Source: Fimbriosthenelais zetlandica
Lineage: Eukaryota
Length of the DNA: 64,000 bases
NCBI GenBank assembly: GCA_977030845.1
Contig: OZ365109.1
Span: forward strand, 50,840,001-50,904,000
Direction: 5' to 3'
The stretch's first letter is position 1; every line of letters starts with the position of its first letter. A model generated the notes under the pieces. That model worked only from the letters and a program-made list of their open reading frames with translations. It was not told the origin of the DNA and did not search any database. Position numbers and translations under genes: made by a program. Shown piece by piece: positions 38,798-52,850 of this stretch.

Positions 38798-38910
38798 CAG
38801 TTTGTCTAATTCATGATAAACAATTAAAAAAAGAAATAATATAAACTAAACCACGCAGTTTGTCTAATTTATGATAAACAATTAAAAATAAAGAAATAAT
38901 ATAAACCAAA
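38798..38910. repeat. Tandem duplication, ~58-bp unit x2 (near-identical)
   Basis: CAGTTTGTCTAATT(C/T)ATGATAAACAATTAAAAA...ATAAAC occurs at 38798 and 38856. Confidence 0.9.
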
Positions 38911-39354
38911 TTTATTGATGTAGTCTGATCAAACATTTCTTTTCAGGAGATAGAATTTTATTTCATTTTTTGAAATCTCAGGGTATGAACAACTGAACAA
39001 GACCGTCGGCACACAATGTCCTGCACTGTTCTCAACATAGACAGAAGGACGCACGGCTGGTCTTTGGCAACAAAGCAGCACTGGGGGTGAAGTACAATGC
39101 AAATTCACCTCATAAAGTAAAAAAAAAAAATTAATACATTTGATATTCATTCTTGCATGATACTTGCGCAAGTACCAAGAATGGTATATTATTCAACATC
39201 AATATCCGGAAGAACCAATTTAAGTAAATTTCCACTGAATTTCGTGCACGCACGCCTCTGTCTGGACCTACCTTAATGGATGTATCTAGACAGCTAGCTA
39301 TAACCAATCTAGACCTGTCTCGTGCCACATAATGGTGGAGTCTGGCTGGGTGAG

Positions 39355-39410
39355 TATGGGAGCAGGAGGAGGAGGAGGAGGTGGCTGGTGGTGGTGGTGG
39401 TGGCTGGGTG
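39355..39410. repeat. (GGA)n(GGT)n microsatellite
   Basis: Seen directly. Confidence 0.8.
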
Positions 39411-41812
39411 GGTTATATTGATGAGAGAGGGGTGAGACAGTGTAGAGAGATGCACTCTCTATCTATCCACCCTTACCTGTACCTACCCACTACACTAAAG
39501 GTGTAGGGTGTCTGCTAATTATGACAGATTTAACCCTGTCAAATAATCATCCAAAACAGGTATATCTTCATTATAAGTGGGAAATGAATCGTTAACTAGG
39601 GCTAAACTAATCCATCAGATTTTTTTTTAAAGAAAGAAAATATTTAACAAATACCGCCCACCTGATGATATCAAGCCCTTGAAATTGTTGGATGGAGACC
39701 TGATGATTATATTTCTACCATTATTACATGGTATCTGGTCTGTTACTGAAGGAACAGATGGAGTGGGAGTATGCAAAATCAGACAGCAGGTAGACTTGGA
39801 ATTTGAGGATCTTCAAGGTAAATAATTATGCCTCAGCAGCAGGTGAAATGAAATATTTTCGCATGAGATGTCGTCATAGATATTTTATATGAAGGGTTGT
39901 GCCACAAATCCCTAACGGCCATGGCTAAATTAGAATTGTCTTATGGTACAACCCAGACTATGGCCTGATACAGAATCTATAACATTGACTAACATATACC
40001 CAAAGAATACATTAGGGAGGGGCTGTAATACAATGGGTGTTTTAAACTATTCAGTCTAGAGTGAGATATATGAATTTTAGATAGACTTGTATGGAGACCT
40101 GTGCTCGCTATGCTGCCTCTATTATTGATTCTCTATATACACCCTTTACCTCCTGCTTCCAATGAACAGTTCTATCATCCTACCTAACACCACTGACTGG
40201 CACCAAACTGCCGTTTATAAATATTCTAAACCCTGAGCGTTTAAAATATTTAAACTTCCTGGATTATTAACGGTTTGTACCCTAAGAAATAGTCGATTCG
40301 TGGGAATATTAATTCGATGAACGCGTCTTTTCATCAGAAAAAAGATAATTCAGTCCAGCAGCCTATAGCAGGGGATTAATCTTTCATTCTTGTACCCTGG
40401 ACCCATAACGCAGCCATATACAACATCGCCAAAATTATTAGCAGGCTACATCTTGAGGCACATGATAATTTTAGTGCAGTGATTTTACCAATAAACTGAT
40501 AAAAAGGGACTAAAGTAAAATATATCTGCGGCTGGAAGATCATAGTAGGTGCTTGTATAAATAGTGAAATTTGCTTTAAAAGTGTATATATTTAAATATT
40601 TAAGTTAAGTATTTTTGGTGATGGTACATACAAGGATTAGGCCCTTACTCTATAGGAAAGTTATTGAATCCACGAGTGGCTCGGCCATGAGTTGCTCAAG
40701 GAAATGACTACAGAGAGAAACGAGTTTGTAAGGAGATTATTTGTTGTACAGAGGCTGATCTTGCATGACCAATGTGCGTGACTGGAGGAATCAAACCCCA
40801 ATACAGCCCAGAGTCCCGTAAAATACTTGTACAGGTAAATACCTGCATATCTCAACATGACATGAAAGGTGTTAAAGTGAGCAGTAAACTTGGCTTCTAT
40901 TGGGCTGTAAACATAAAATAAAGTTGCGATCGACATTAGTGATCTGAGTAAATCTATACGATTATCCTTACATATATGGCTATTCATTTAGAAATTCTGT
41001 CAGACAGGTTATATCTTTTAAGACTATAGCCCACTGATTTCCACCCTCCCCGCTCACAAAAAAAATGGGTCCTTCTCCTCAGGTTGGTTCCTAATTCTTC
41101 TGCCACATAACTTGACTTTGTACCCAAATGTAATGAAATGTTACTATGGAGGGAGAGACATCTAAAGTAGAAAACATGCCAAACATGCTGAGAACCAGGA
41201 GGTGGATACACTCTCCACCATCCAGGCTGCCATCTGATGATGGACCAGAGAACTGGTCTCTACCTTCAACTACAAACAACCACTCCCACCTCTACATGTG
41301 CTACCAACTGCTTTTTCCCCCATGTGCAGAAATCAGGGTATTCCAAATTGGTTGCCTGAGAGGCCTGAACAAAAACATAGGTTTATAGTTGGAAACTACA
41401 TTCACAGTTTGTCCTTTTTGTGTGAGAATTTCAGGGTATCGCTATGCCAAATTGGTTGTCTTGGGACCCTGAGAAAAACAAAGTTTGGCAACCAATATTT
41501 TGCCAGTTTTTTTTACTCATTGGGAACCACATTTCTGCGGGAAATCAGTTGGCCCAGAACAGAGCTAACCAATGCATGATGCATTGCTACCAATACATGA
41601 TGTATTGCTTCTAATACATCTCTATTTTATTTAAGCATTTCGCTGCTCAGTGGGCAACCATATTTCTGAGGAATCTGATCAAAATGTTCCATGAGCACAA
41701 AGCAACTTTGGAAGAATATTTTTATTCCATGAAAATCCTTTGGGAACCATTCCTGGAAGGTTTATCTTTAAATATTCCTATCCTGGAAATGTTATCGTAG
41801 AATAGCAACTAC

Positions 41813-41990
41813 CAAATGCAGATGTTGATAACAGGGTTTCCAGCAGGTCCCTGATATACATTGGCTTCAGATTAGAGGGCCAAACTCTGTTTTCTAGAGG
41901 CTCGATTAGATTTCCCTTCAGTATTCCCGTCCCCATCTTTTCTTCACCTACACAAACATTGTCTCTGTCGGAGTACAAACCTGATTCAGG
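41813..41990 (-). CDS. Candidate exon (PESGLYSDRDNVCVGEEKMGTGILKGNLIEPLENRVWPSNLKPMYIRDLLETLLSTSAF)
   Basis: Long polypyrimidine tract ending in AAG|, TTG|GTAGTT donor, and an open 178-nt frame inside ORF 41778..42032. Confidence 0.22.
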
Positions 41991-44601
41991 CTTGGAGCAG
42001 AAGAAGGAGGAGAAGAAACAGGAGGGGAGCAATCAATATCTCATATATTGTGAATCCACAGCTTTCACATCCAGGGGCTTATTGCTATGTTGACCCAGGC
42101 TAAGATCTATACATTTGTGTGAAGATCTATACATCTAACTAATGAAATATACAGTAGGCAACAGTTCTGCCTATTCGATACTTTAGCAATACAGTTTGTG
42201 AGGACAGAATTCTTGAAATGTTCAGGAATTGAAATTTTTAGGTTTGTGAAATATGTGACATAAAATAGCTGATATATACCTATAGTCCCTAAAGTGTCAT
42301 TATATTAATCTGATACATTACTCTGATACATCTGATACATTAATCGGTACATTAATCGTGTACTCGAATGATTCTTTCATTTAATCTGGAATCAATATGG
42401 GTTTGTCATTTAATGTGGCATCCATCTGGACAATTAATTTGAACCCTATTTGGGCATGCAAATTTGAATCATGCGGGTATATCATTCCCTTAAAATATTG
42501 CGTTGGTACTGCAACCCAAAACATCTATTAATATAAAAACTTGACTTTTTTCACTTACTACATTTGATGCATCTGCAGCAGAACTACAGATAATATATAA
42601 AAGCTAGTATAACATTTTGGTGCTTGTTCTGCCATAGCAGCACCAGTTCTTACAGGTGTCTTCTTGAGCTCACCACATTTTCCCAGCCTTACCTCAGTGT
42701 TAAAGTATTTGGATGGGATATAATTAGAGATCTATCTACAGCTGGGATGATTTGAGGAACACTTCCATGCCCCAAGTCAAGCAGAAGTCAAACAGCCCAT
42801 CGCTTGAAGAAGCTAATTTTGGGTAAAAAGTTTGCAAACAAGAAGAAGTGGTTGGTTTGCTTTGAGTATCAAGTGTCCGGCCGTGCGTCATAGCAGGGCA
42901 TGAGATGGGGGCTTATCATTCGGACCGGAAGAGACTTGCAAAGTCCTATAATTTGGGGGGGAATTTTCTGAGATGGGCCACCAAGGTAGAACATGTATCA
43001 TAATCTTGTATAAAGAAAGGGCAATGTTGAGTATGTAGGCTTGACCAGTTCCATCCCTTGCTGCATGCTAATTTTTGGAGTGAAATTTATATTTTTTAAT
43101 CAATAATTTCCCTATAGGGCTAATTTCATAAATATCATTTCAGATTTATAGAAAATGCATCATTATGACATTTTTCAATATCCTGTGATTTTCTTAATAG
43201 CTCACTGCATTGGAACTGAAAAACTGCAAACATACTGACTTAGCAGTATGCTGAAAAAATTTGCCAAAGTTCTTATAGCAGCTTGGCAGCACTGTCACAT
43301 AGCAAATTACATAATTTTATTATCATCACATGAAGTTCTTAACATGAAGCAGATGGCCAGTCTAGGATCCTAATAGTGGAATTGATCCAGGTGGAAAGAG
43401 AAATAATGTAAACAAGGTAGCACCTGTGAGAAGGGCCAATCTAAAGTGCCAAACTCTTTCTTTTGCTCCCTATCTGAATCCCGTGGGACCAGCCCGGCCA
43501 TTGGATCCCTTCCAGAGATTTTTATTAAGCTTTGAAGTGAGCTTGTGTTCATAGTAAAGTTTAACAGAAAAATGAGTCATGTTTAGAGGTGGTACATGCA
43601 AAACACTTCTACTGATGCATGGGTATGATTAGTAGGAATATGAGATGGACATATCATTCAGTGATCTGAATTTCAAAAATAGGCACTGCGGGGGGTGGGG
43701 GATTCAGAATTCTGATTTAGCAGTTCTGCAAGGGTGAGGTGATTTCAAAGCTTTTAGTACACGCCACGAATGTGCATAATGAGTAAGATAAACCAGACAA
43801 TACAAGGAAAACGATAACGGCCAGGGCATATTTCTGAAAATGTTGAAGAGGAGCTTTTGGCCCCTTAACTTATATTTCTCGGTGCCAGACTTTCACAGAG
43901 AGAGTGACTTTTCCTCACATTAAATGGCGACTGATAAAATAAAGTGGTAATAGTTTTGTGAGTTTTTTAGTCGCAATAGGCGACCAGCTGGTCAGAAAAA
44001 TATCCCTGTAACCCAATATTGGAAAAAGGATATTATCACCAAAAATAAACCTTGTTACTTCTAATGCACTGAAAACACTACTAGCAGTTTTAATGATCAG
44101 AATGACAGATGCCATATGTTTGCTGAGTAAAAATAGATTATTTCCAATATATTTGTGTTCTGGAAAGCATTTATAAGTGTGGGCCAATACATTAGAATGA
44201 GAATTAGCTCTGATCCCCTGAGAAAGAAACCAACGTTTCCCTCACCCAGGGAATATAAATGTACATTAAACCTAATAAAGAGAGACATCCAGTACGTGGT
44301 CTGCCTGGACCAAAGTATTAGTTACTACCAGTTCCTCCTCCTTCATTTAGCTAAAAGCTTATATAGATAGAGGGGAACGACTACAGTGTGACTACAATTC
44401 CCTAGCTATCGCAAACAAACCATCACATCAAGGTAAACAAACACAGGCCCTCACAAAAAATGTCATTGCCAGCAGAAGATCCTCATCAAAATTACAAACC
44501 CTGTGTTCTAAAATTCTCTTCAATTTGATTGCGGAGCATAATTCTGAACATTTGTAGGCACTGCTTTTAGAATTTAATTGATTGAAGAAAGATTCAAATG
44601 A

Positions 44602-44653
44602 TAGATCAAAATTTGATCTATGAAACTAGATCAAAATTTGATCTTTGAAACTA
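44602..44653. repeat. 25-bp tandem duplication of a palindromic unit
   Basis: TAGATCAAAATTTGATCT(A/T)TGAAAC x2. AGATCAAA-A-TTTGATCT is a perfect inverted repeat. Confidence 0.85.
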
Positions 44654-45480
44654 ACAAACAAAAACCAGAATATAGGCATGTGGCAATGGTTTTTGTTTGT
44701 GGGTTATCATAAACTGGAAAATTTATCTGGGCAATATTAACATTCTGGCGCATTAACAATTTTGACAGGGGTTCAATAATTTGCTGCCAACTGAAAAAAA
44801 CCCACCGAAGTTACGACTGTCATGAATAATATTAATAATAAAACAATCACTTCTTTTCGGGGGAGAACAGTACTAGTAATAGCCTTGGCCCCAGCTGCTT
44901 GGGTCTCATGTGATTGTTTCTTTTACACAGTGGCCTTGTTTTTACACTGGGAAAAACAATAACTCTATACATCAGCATCCAGGATGTTCAGATAGAGATA
45001 TAGAGGGTTGAGACCACCTATCTACAGGAGATGATGGGCGGCGGTTATAGGAATATAAACATTGGGTACACAAGGACCTACAATGGTCGTTACCTGGTAG
45101 ACAGGTGACTTAATAGGTGACCCCTCCCCCAACTCCCACCTTTACCTACAGGAGGGACCATTTATAAAGCTATACCTGTATACCGCAAAGTTAAGAAATG
45201 TGGAATATAAGTACTTCCTATTCCTGTAGTTTTTAAACAAATATGCAATGAGAGGATTTTTCCAGATATTTTCCATGTTTATATTTCTTTGCCAGTATGA
45301 TCGGTTTAAACGCCATAGCAGCATACTGTGCAATATTGCACAAGGAAACAACTTGTCGGCCAGATGAACTGCTATTGACAATAAGCAGAAGTGCATGCTT
45401 CCCACCAGAGGCTGACCTTTTATAACCAAGTTTGCAGCACTGGCGAGAGAAGAGCAATGGCAATGGCAAATTTGCAGCCC

Positions 45481-45510
45481 ACCTTGGGAATTGAACCAGG
45501 TACCCTGTGC
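45481..45510 (-). mobile_element. Fragment of tRNA-derived SINE head (box B)
   Basis: GGTTCAATTCCCAAG on the - strand matches the 19046 copy. Confidence 0.35.
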
Positions 45511-46509
45511 ACTATTTCAAATGGAAAATTTCAGCTATAGCACCTCACTGATGATGGAAATAAAGTATTCAACTTCCAAACAGATTGACCTCCAAACAGA
45601 GCTCCAGGGAACTAGAATATTGATGTTGGCATATGAGATGTTATATATCAGCCACCATGTATATTATGAGCCTCAGGGATACTGCACCAGAGGGGGACAT
45701 GACTCACTAATGTACAGTGACAAACGAAGCCTGGCATGTACAGGAGACGGTCAGGGCAGAGCAGGCTCTATTCCTCACAATATCCTTGATACTTGATTCT
45801 GCCTACAGAGATAATAATATTCTATGATTTCAAAACAAATTTATCCCACCACTACATAATAATAATTATATCGTATTTAGAGCGATTGAGAGTGGTTGCC
45901 CGGTAGTGAAATTCCGAACAAAACTCCGAACAAATCTGGGTTAAGAAATTCAAAGAATTCTTTAAAATTTCACCAAGGAATTTTCAAACGAAGAACCGAC
46001 AGTAAATTAAATGCATTGAGAACATTAAATATTTCTTTTCAATCTCAGTAGATCTCAGTTCAGTTCATATACCATCAGGCCTGGCAACATGCGTCCCAAT
46101 AAATTAAATCCAGAATGGAATGGCATCTTAAGTATACAGTTTGTAGTTAATATGTTGTCCTAGCTCCCAGTCATGTGTCCCGAAGCCATGCCATTGGGGA
46201 TATAGGATATGCCTATATTCTATTGATTAAAGCTGATATTATTGACTATCAGAATCAAATAGCAGATCGACCCATGAAATCCACCCTGGCTCTATCCCTT
46301 CAGTAAATAGCAGGGACCAAAGCTTTCCAGTCAAAGGCAGAAATAAGGCTCCCACCGTCCTGATACAGTCTTTAATTAAATCATACAATAAGGATGAAAG
46401 GCTGGGCTGTATTTATGGCGTCACCAAGAAAATGAGACCGTCTAAAGGGTGTTTGTGATGGGCTATTTACTTTCTTTTTGAGGGTGGATATCAGAGGGTA
46501 AAGACTGGG

Positions 46510-46766
46510 TAGTCGGTGGGGAAAGAAGGGAAGGAGATGGAAGGAGGGAGGGAGTTAGTGGGTGGGGAGGAAGGAAGGGGCAGAGAGTGGGAATTAAGGA
46601 GGGGAGGGATGGACGGAGAGGGGAGGATCGAGGGGCGAGAGGGGTAAGGAGAAGAGGGGGAGAGGGAAGGAGAGGGAGAATATGGCAGAGGGGATGGGTA
46701 CGTGGGGAGAAAGGGATGGTAGATGTAAGGGATGGCAGGTGTAAGGCATTCGGGGTGAGGGAAGGG
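46510..46766. repeat. Purine-rich (GA/GGA) low-complexity tract
   Basis: Seen directly. It explains ORFs 46587..46844 and the Ser/Leu/Pro tails of the - strand ORFs. Confidence 0.8.
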
Positions 46767-46949
46767 GTTGATTTACGTCTTTCTCCCTTTATTTATTTGG
46801 AAAAGGGCAGCAAGGACAATGAAGCAGATAAAGTAATAATGTAGAATGTTGTGGAGGGATAGAAGAAGTGAAGAAAGCAAAAGGAATAGGAGTAACGGGG
46901 AGGGCGGTGGATGAAGAGATATGATGGACTGGTGTGGATGTGATAAGGA

Positions 46950-47086
46950 CAGTAGACAAACTGTCTTCACAGACACTAGAGGTCGGTGTTGTATGTTCCC
47001 AGTCAGTAGGAAAATATTTACACTCATACCAATCCAGGCACTGGCCATGTACCGGTATAGAATATGTCATTCAGAATATCCACCCT
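46950..47086 (-). mobile_element. Probable decayed non-LTR retrotransposon (LINE) RT N-terminal fragment with one frameshift
   Basis: Joining two frames across a 1-nt shift gives ILNDIFYTGTWPSAWIGMSVNIFLLTGNIQHRPLVSVKTVCLL, which resembles the LINE RT pattern LFN.I..TG..P.AW....V......G.....YRPISLL...KL. Recognised by eye only. Confidence 0.4.
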
Positions 47087-49112
47087 CTAAACTTGGCCAA
47101 AAAGTTTCCAATTTTCTCCTGGATTCCTCGAGTTTATTAACAAGTTACAGGCCCTTAATTTGGACTCCATCTTCTGCCCATTTAATAAAAGGTATGCTTC
47201 TTGCAGCTTATGAAACAGACCTAATGAGGAATTACTTTGCTAAATAGTCACAAATATATGTAATACATCTCACTGAATCAGGGTTTAGTACATGACCTCT
47301 GTTAGGCCTACTGAATGCTCGTAAGGATAATAGAAATCTACATTTTATGTACAAGTACTACAATAATTTATAAAACAAAAAAACAAAGAAATACACCATT
47401 ATATTATTACTTATGACATTTCCAATATGACATAATGTAGACTGGCACCAACTGTTGCTCTGTCCCGACCCAAGGTCAATCTTTTAAAGATCAGAGCAGC
47501 ATCAGAGTCCTGTAAAGCCCCCGCCCGCCCATAGTCGCCTACAGTGGGGCGACATTTGGCCCATACTTGGTTAAGCACAGGCACAGCAGAGACAGCCGAG
47601 GACAAATTGATTCTGTCCGACCAGACAGGAGATACTACGGTCTGAATCGACAAAAATGTCACTGACTTAATTTCCGTTTTTACAGCCCAAGGACTGGGAG
47701 TAGACCGGACTGTTCTTGCCATCAAGTGCCATGAGGCTCAGACAGCATGGTTGTTGTGTTCCGTTAATGACCTTCCTATCTTGGCTTTCAAGGGTGTCTT
47801 TCAGGACATTCCCTTTCAAATAATTCTGCCTTTCATTCAAATACTGAATCTTGAAAGGGTAGCCTACTTCAGATATTGAAAGGATACAGAATTTATCCAA
47901 ACAGTCCAGCTCCAATATTTCAATGACCAAATGATGAAATTAATTTTTCAGTCCATGACCATTATATAACCATTAAATTTTAACTGACCTGGCCAAATGT
48001 TATGGCCGGTCCATACCACAATCAACTACCATCCATTGCCATTCCATACACCATAGTTCATTATGCAATGGATCGATGAATATACATGTAAGTCGCTTAT
48101 AAATACTTAAAAGCAAGCCCTGTACAAGCCTATAGTATCAATTCATGCGATTGTGCCTAGGAGGAAAAGCTGTTGACCTTTTACTGGGCCATCCACAACA
48201 TGTCGTATTTCACTCACGTTTCCAGTGTGTAAGCATTGTACCCTCTTTCAGGTCATTTGGCATTGCTTCCTTCTTTCCACAAAATCAGGTAGCACTGCCA
48301 GGTCCTGCCAAGTGGCCGGCCAAAGGGTAAAGATCGATACTGGCCCGCTGGGTGTTGGTGGTATAGCCAGCTCCACCTGTCCTGTCCCTGCTCCAGGCGG
48401 GTGACTGCCTGCTTGCAAGCAAACCCGAAATCTACCAGGACAGTCTTATAGTTGTGTGCTTACAAGAGGAGAATGCCACATACAACTGTAATCTAAGTGA
48501 ACGCTCTTGAAAGCTTTTTAAAATATGACAAATCTTTACATTTCGCATTTATATAGTACACATAATTATGTGAATGGGATAGAAGGACACGAGCATGGCA
48601 ATGTCCATACACACCAAACTGCCCAAAGGTCAGATATGTTACTTTCTATGATGCAATTGGTTGATACGAGAACATGTCGCAGAAACCAACCTATGGATTA
48701 TGGGGATACAATATAGCCATCGTGTTAAGATCCAAAGACATTTGAGCTTGGAAATCACTGGGTGATCGGACCGATCTTGGAATGGTTGGTGGGTTGTGTG
48801 GGTTTACTAAGGGGTCATGTAGCTTATTTGCCGATATCTGTACACGTAGGAGAAATTGGGAGTGGAATTGCTTCCGGGAAGTCAGTAGCAAGATCCTAGC
48901 CAGAAAAGAAGCAGAAGGCAAATAGACATTCCTACATGTAGGACATAAGACAGAATCGTTAACTGCAACTGGGAAATGGCGATAAAAAGAAACAGTGTTC
49001 CTCCCGTAAGGCGACCGGAATTATAACTAAACCAAAATGGTCTTTAGGCCTATGGGAAGATGGTCTCTGTAACACAGATCAATTGAAGGGAACACAAAAA
49101 TATTCCAATATA

Positions 49113-49178
49113 CAGTGCTCCTTCCCTAATGCGACCTCAACCTGGTCGTTATGGGAGTGGTCGGATTGTGGAACACTG
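49113..49178. mobile_element. 66-bp mini-MITE with CAGTG(C/T)TCC termini and TA target duplication
   Basis: TA|CAGTGCTCC ... GGAACACTG|TA, with internal GCGACC/GGTCGT motifs of the same family. Confidence 0.65.
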
Positions 49179-52038
49179 TACAGCCTACAGCTAAAAGAAG
49201 CATCTCTTTACTACCCATCGGAATGAGTATTCACAATCCTACGATATAAGAGGGCCAAACCAAGCTTATCAGGCCAGTAAGACCATAGAGGGTCTGTTAT
49301 AGTAATGTTTGTAAGGTTTGTTAGAGTAATGATTCTCAGCAGAGCGATTGTGGCTGGCTGCTGATGGTCTTCCTCATCCTATAGCAGTGAATGTATCAGT
49401 GTGAAGGAGGCCCTCACCACCCATACCAGCCCCATATAACCTAGCTTCTAATGCTCCTCAAGGGCAATGGTGCTCAGTCTTATATAAAAAAAACACGTGC
49501 TGATGAGGAAAACCAGGAGCCTGGTCTGGAGATCTCCGAATGCTTTCTGTCTTGAATTTGGAATCAATATGCATGGATTTGTTTCAAATATGTTTTCCAA
49601 TGCTTGTTTTTAAAATATTTCATATTTTAGTAAATCATTTTGCAGATAAAAATGAGGAAATGTGGACGTACAAACTAAGTCCCTGATAGAATTATAGTAG
49701 AATGAAATGCACCATATAGCTGATTAGTTATTTGTAAAACGTGGAAATTTAATACAAGATGGAACCATATTACTACCTTAGACCTCATCAAACATGTGAT
49801 GTGACTGAGGAAACCTCATAAGTGAGAAGACAGAGCAGACAGAATCTGACCAAATAAAAAGATTATTAAAATATTTGTGTCTGCCTTCTGTACAATAAAA
49901 GCTGCAATATTGATAAGAGGTACCACTAGCAGACAGTCATGAAATGCATTTTACATCGGAAATTCCGAGTGCAATAACTTGTCTGGCCACATTGATCAAA
50001 TGAAAATTTCTATGGCTCCGAGATATACCAACACTCTCCCCTAGGATCTATCGCTTCTCCCCCTACCTCCTCCTCCTCCTTACCCAGCCGCACCCCCTCC
50101 ACCTGTCTCAGCCTCACCTCCCCCACCTCATCCACAACCAAAACAAAACTACCAACCTTGACAGCAGCTGGCTTTACGTGACAACTGCCTTCCACTGTTC
50201 CTCAAGCATTTACAGTTGGATTCTCGTTTGAAAAGCTGACTTGTCAACAGGCAGAATCTACTGGTAGATTTTCTGTCATACACTAGGAGTTATAGCTACA
50301 TAGATGCTCTCAGGTTATGCTCAGTACAGAGTAGCTTTCATCAATAATGTTGCACCGAGAAGGAAAAGTTCATCTACAGCTGACTGCTATAGTGCACCCA
50401 CCTCTTGCCGCCATCACCAAAACACTCTATACACAAAGGCTCTATAGAACGACTACCTCCTATGGATTCAGTAGGCCTACGAATAGCTCAAATTTATTCC
50501 AAATTAAGAAAAACATTCTTGAAAAGATATGTTGTTTCTAAAATTAAATTCGGACTAGCTTGCCAGCCAATAACTCACGTGTGTACTATTATAATGCATT
50601 GCTTGTATAGGTTTTGCCTGAAGGAAAGGCATCTTTTTATGTACTACCTCACCTGCTTCCAACCTGCACACAGATTTGGGTTAGAGCTCGCTCGCACCCA
50701 AGTCTGACAATTTTCTTAAATAATCTACTGATTCCAGAATGACTTTTAGTAAAGTTTGAATCGAGATACAACTTTATACTGTATAATTACGTATATATGA
50801 CTTCTTATATAATTTAGGCCTGCAGGTAATCAATAGATGGTATATTATACATACCATTATATTACCCAACATGATAGTCAAATGTACAGTAAAGATGTTA
50901 GTCTCTAATATCAATGCTAGACTAATGCCCCTGGAGCCTCACAATACGACCATGCAACCATAACCCTTATAAATACTCTGACGATGAGCTAAATATATCA
51001 ATAGGCATTAAGTGATCAAGGCTACTGGCCCCCATAGTCGATACTGAGTACATGATAATATACAGTATAATAATAGGGTTGTCCTATCTATGCTATCATT
51101 ATGCCATGGGGCATATTTAGGACACTATTTAACCCCTTCTCCCCTATACACCTAACTCTTCCTGTTTCCTTCCCTGCCCTAAGGTGGAGCTGGGGCCTGG
51201 GGGAATATATGGTTGTCAGCCTCACAGTGATCGATTATTTCTCTTTTTATTGTCTATGGCAGCTGCCCTCTTGTCTGCCATATTCGCATATAAATTAGTT
51301 CGAATCTCTGAGCTACATTCCCGAAAATCCAGATAGCAAAATCAAATCACTGTGGCATCTTAGAGGTTAATAAAGGTAATAATATCAAAGATCCAATGGG
51401 ACACGAGTTGATTATACAAGCAAGAAAATGATTTCTTAAAATTTAAGAGGTCCTGTAACAGATATCCAGCCTTAATTCTATTCATATCTCTAAAGTAGAC
51501 CATAGTTTTTTATGGAATTTTAATATGGTAGGAACTCGGAAGACGCAATATTTTTACATTTTCCAAAGAAAAACTCGGATCAAGAAGTTCTACACATCCG
51601 GACATATATAATACAAGTTCGGGGTGAAATGTACCGATATTGCTTAGATTTGTTTGTCATTTTATTATGGTCGAAAACCAGAAACCAATGCTTGAATATA
51701 GAGAACATTGAATTGGACCATTCGAGCTGTTTCTGAGTGATGTGGGAGTGTTTTATTTCCACCATGACAAGTCCCAATAAATCATATCTCAATCAGCCCA
51801 CTAATGGACTCACTAAATGTAGTGTAGTAGCGAAGGCCTTTTTCCCAAAGCAAACGATGGGAGGAATTCACGAGCTGATGGGGGCTTGTAGTAAAGGTTA
51901 ATGGTAGTGAGGGGAGGGCTGATGGTGGGAGGGTATAGTGGGGATGAGTGGTGAAGTGGGTAGTATCGTGACAGGGCAAAACTATACCATAGTACAAGGT
52001 GGACCACGTAGAAAAAGGATCCCCTACTAGCTGAAATA

Positions 52039-52214
52039 CAGGGCAGATCAAGGGGGGTCTAGGGGTCAGGATTCACCCCCAATTAGTTTTTTTTTTTTTT
52101 TTTTTTTTTTTTTGGGGGGGGGGGGGCAAGTCTGGCACCCCCACACCCACGAACACCGTTCTCATAGGACTCACCCCCTGACTGCCCCTCTTCCAAAACC
52201 CTGAATGCAGCCCT
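52039..52214. mobile_element. CAGGGCAGATC-type MITE remnant with poly-T/poly-G core
   Basis: Left end CAGGGCAGATCAAGGGGGGTCTAGGGG, degenerate right end CTGAATGCAGCCCT, and an internal long T-run followed by a G-run. Confidence 0.4.
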
Positions 52215-52679
52215 AGGAAATGAAGGAAGGGGCTGCTCATGGTCAGTGCCCCAAAAGATATATATTTTGTGAGAAAATTGCTTTTACCAGTAATTCTAAA
52301 TTGGGATTTTCTTCCTTCACCTTAGAGCATTTTACACCATGCTTCAACCATAGATTTTTCAACTGCATGTCTCACCAAGTTTCCACCCCAATATTCTCTG
52401 GTACCATCTGCAGTGTCAAATCTTTTCATGGAATAAAAAGCTGCTACAATATTTACTGTGTCAACGCCAAGTGCAAATACCAACTGTTAGACAGGTCGGT
52501 GTAAAGTGCAATGGTTGGCATTCTGCGGGGTGATCATCACATTAATAATACATGTATGTAATGTAATGTAATGTAATGGTTATGGCTATGGTTAGACACT
52601 GCACTCATACACATATAATATACTGGATGTGGTACTGAGTGAGGTACAGGCGTGAGTGACGCTGGATCCAGGAACAAGG

Positions 52680-52850
52680 ACAGGGAGAGAGAGAGGCGGG
52701 GGGAGGGGCGGTGAAGAGAGAGGGTGGGGGGATGGAAGGGAGGGAAGGAGAAACGGAAAGATAGAGATGGAAGGGGAGATGAGGAAGATGTATAGAGATT
52801 GGATGAGAGAAAGGGGTGGAGGATTAGAGAAGGGAGAGAAGAGAAGGATA
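52680..52850. repeat. Purine-rich (GA) low-complexity tract
   Basis: Seen directly. Confidence 0.8.

Noticed and set aside
40752-40833. AG...GT bounded segment with good splice signals
   Set aside because: All three frames contain stops, so there is no support as a coding exon.
50010-50195. ORF VKVGSFVLVVDEVGEVRLRQVEGV resembling a Hedgehog/Hint segment
   Set aside because: It derives from a purine-rich low-complexity tract, lacks the TxxH and terminal Hint motifs, and has an upstream stop.
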